Source: Takakia lepidozioides (taxonomy: Eukaryota > Plantae > Bryophyta). From it: a stretch of DNA of 64,000 nt. Shown piece by piece: positions 63,703 through 64,000 of the stretch. The translations under genes and the position numbers were made by a program. The stretch covers positions 11,470,001 through 11,534,000 of the forward strand of contig CM060733.1 of assembly GCA_030704615.1 (NCBI GenBank), in the 5' to 3' direction. How positions within the stretch are numbered: the first letter of the stretch is position 1; each line of letters begins with the position of its first letter. The notes below the pieces were generated by a model. The model saw only the letters and a list, made by a program, of their open reading frames with translations, ran no database searches and had not been told where the DNA came from.

Positions 63703-64000
63703 CTTCACATGGTACATTAAGAAAAAGCCACACCTTGTGATTGCGGTTGTCCCACCATCGCGAAGGATTTTAAAAACTCATGCCAGCTCTGCTCCGTGCT
63801 GCAAATACAGGGCCGAGTCTAATGAGAGGGCAAAACAAGGCTGAAATAGGTCGAAGGAGAAGGTGCCCTCACCACATTGTCCTCAACCTTGTATCATGAC
63901 CCATGGAGGATTCGACTGACCATGAACCCAAGCGGACCTCTTGTGTGTGTTGCTTGCGTCTGTAGTCAGGTAATATCGGATTGGTCTGTGAGAACCACCA
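63703..64000 (-). repeat. PPR-associated module (copy 3, permuted, runs off the window)
   Basis: 63703-63770 matches 15687-15745 and 41424-41490; 63839-64000 matches 15387-15547. Confidence 0.85.

Overview
Transposon-dense, heterochromatin-like eukaryotic region, most likely from a non-seed land plant. That assignment is an inference from PLS-class PPR sequences, intron-containing SKD1/VPS4 and CID7 fragments, and a Tcn1-like chromovirus. I see no clearly intact host gene. From left to right: a spliced fragment resembling an N6-adenine/N4-cytosine methyltransferase; a decayed L1 LINE with a 9-bp-TSD MULE-type insertion; gene fragments (SKD1/VPS4 exon, scrambled amino-acid permease); shuffled PLS-PPR pseudogenes; a SAM-domain gene remnant; a TTAA-flanked piggyBac-like element; a DUF7869-type transposase split by a ~10.6-kb insertion; a CID7/Smr pseudogene; three more Ty3/gypsy elements, two of them nested; a MULE-SWIM transposase; a solo LTR with TSD; and a PPR-derived ~196-bp tandem array. 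The standout is the Ty3/gypsy element at ~25.8-33.4 kb (minus strand). Its polyprotein reads gag-CCHC, protease, cytosine-5 DNA methyltransferase (motifs I, IV, VI, VIII, IX, X), RT, RNase H, integrase, PHD finger. This retrotransposon therefore encodes both a DNA-methylation writer and a putative histone reader. This copy is decayed (frameshifts, stops). All calls were made by eye from motifs; no database searches were run.
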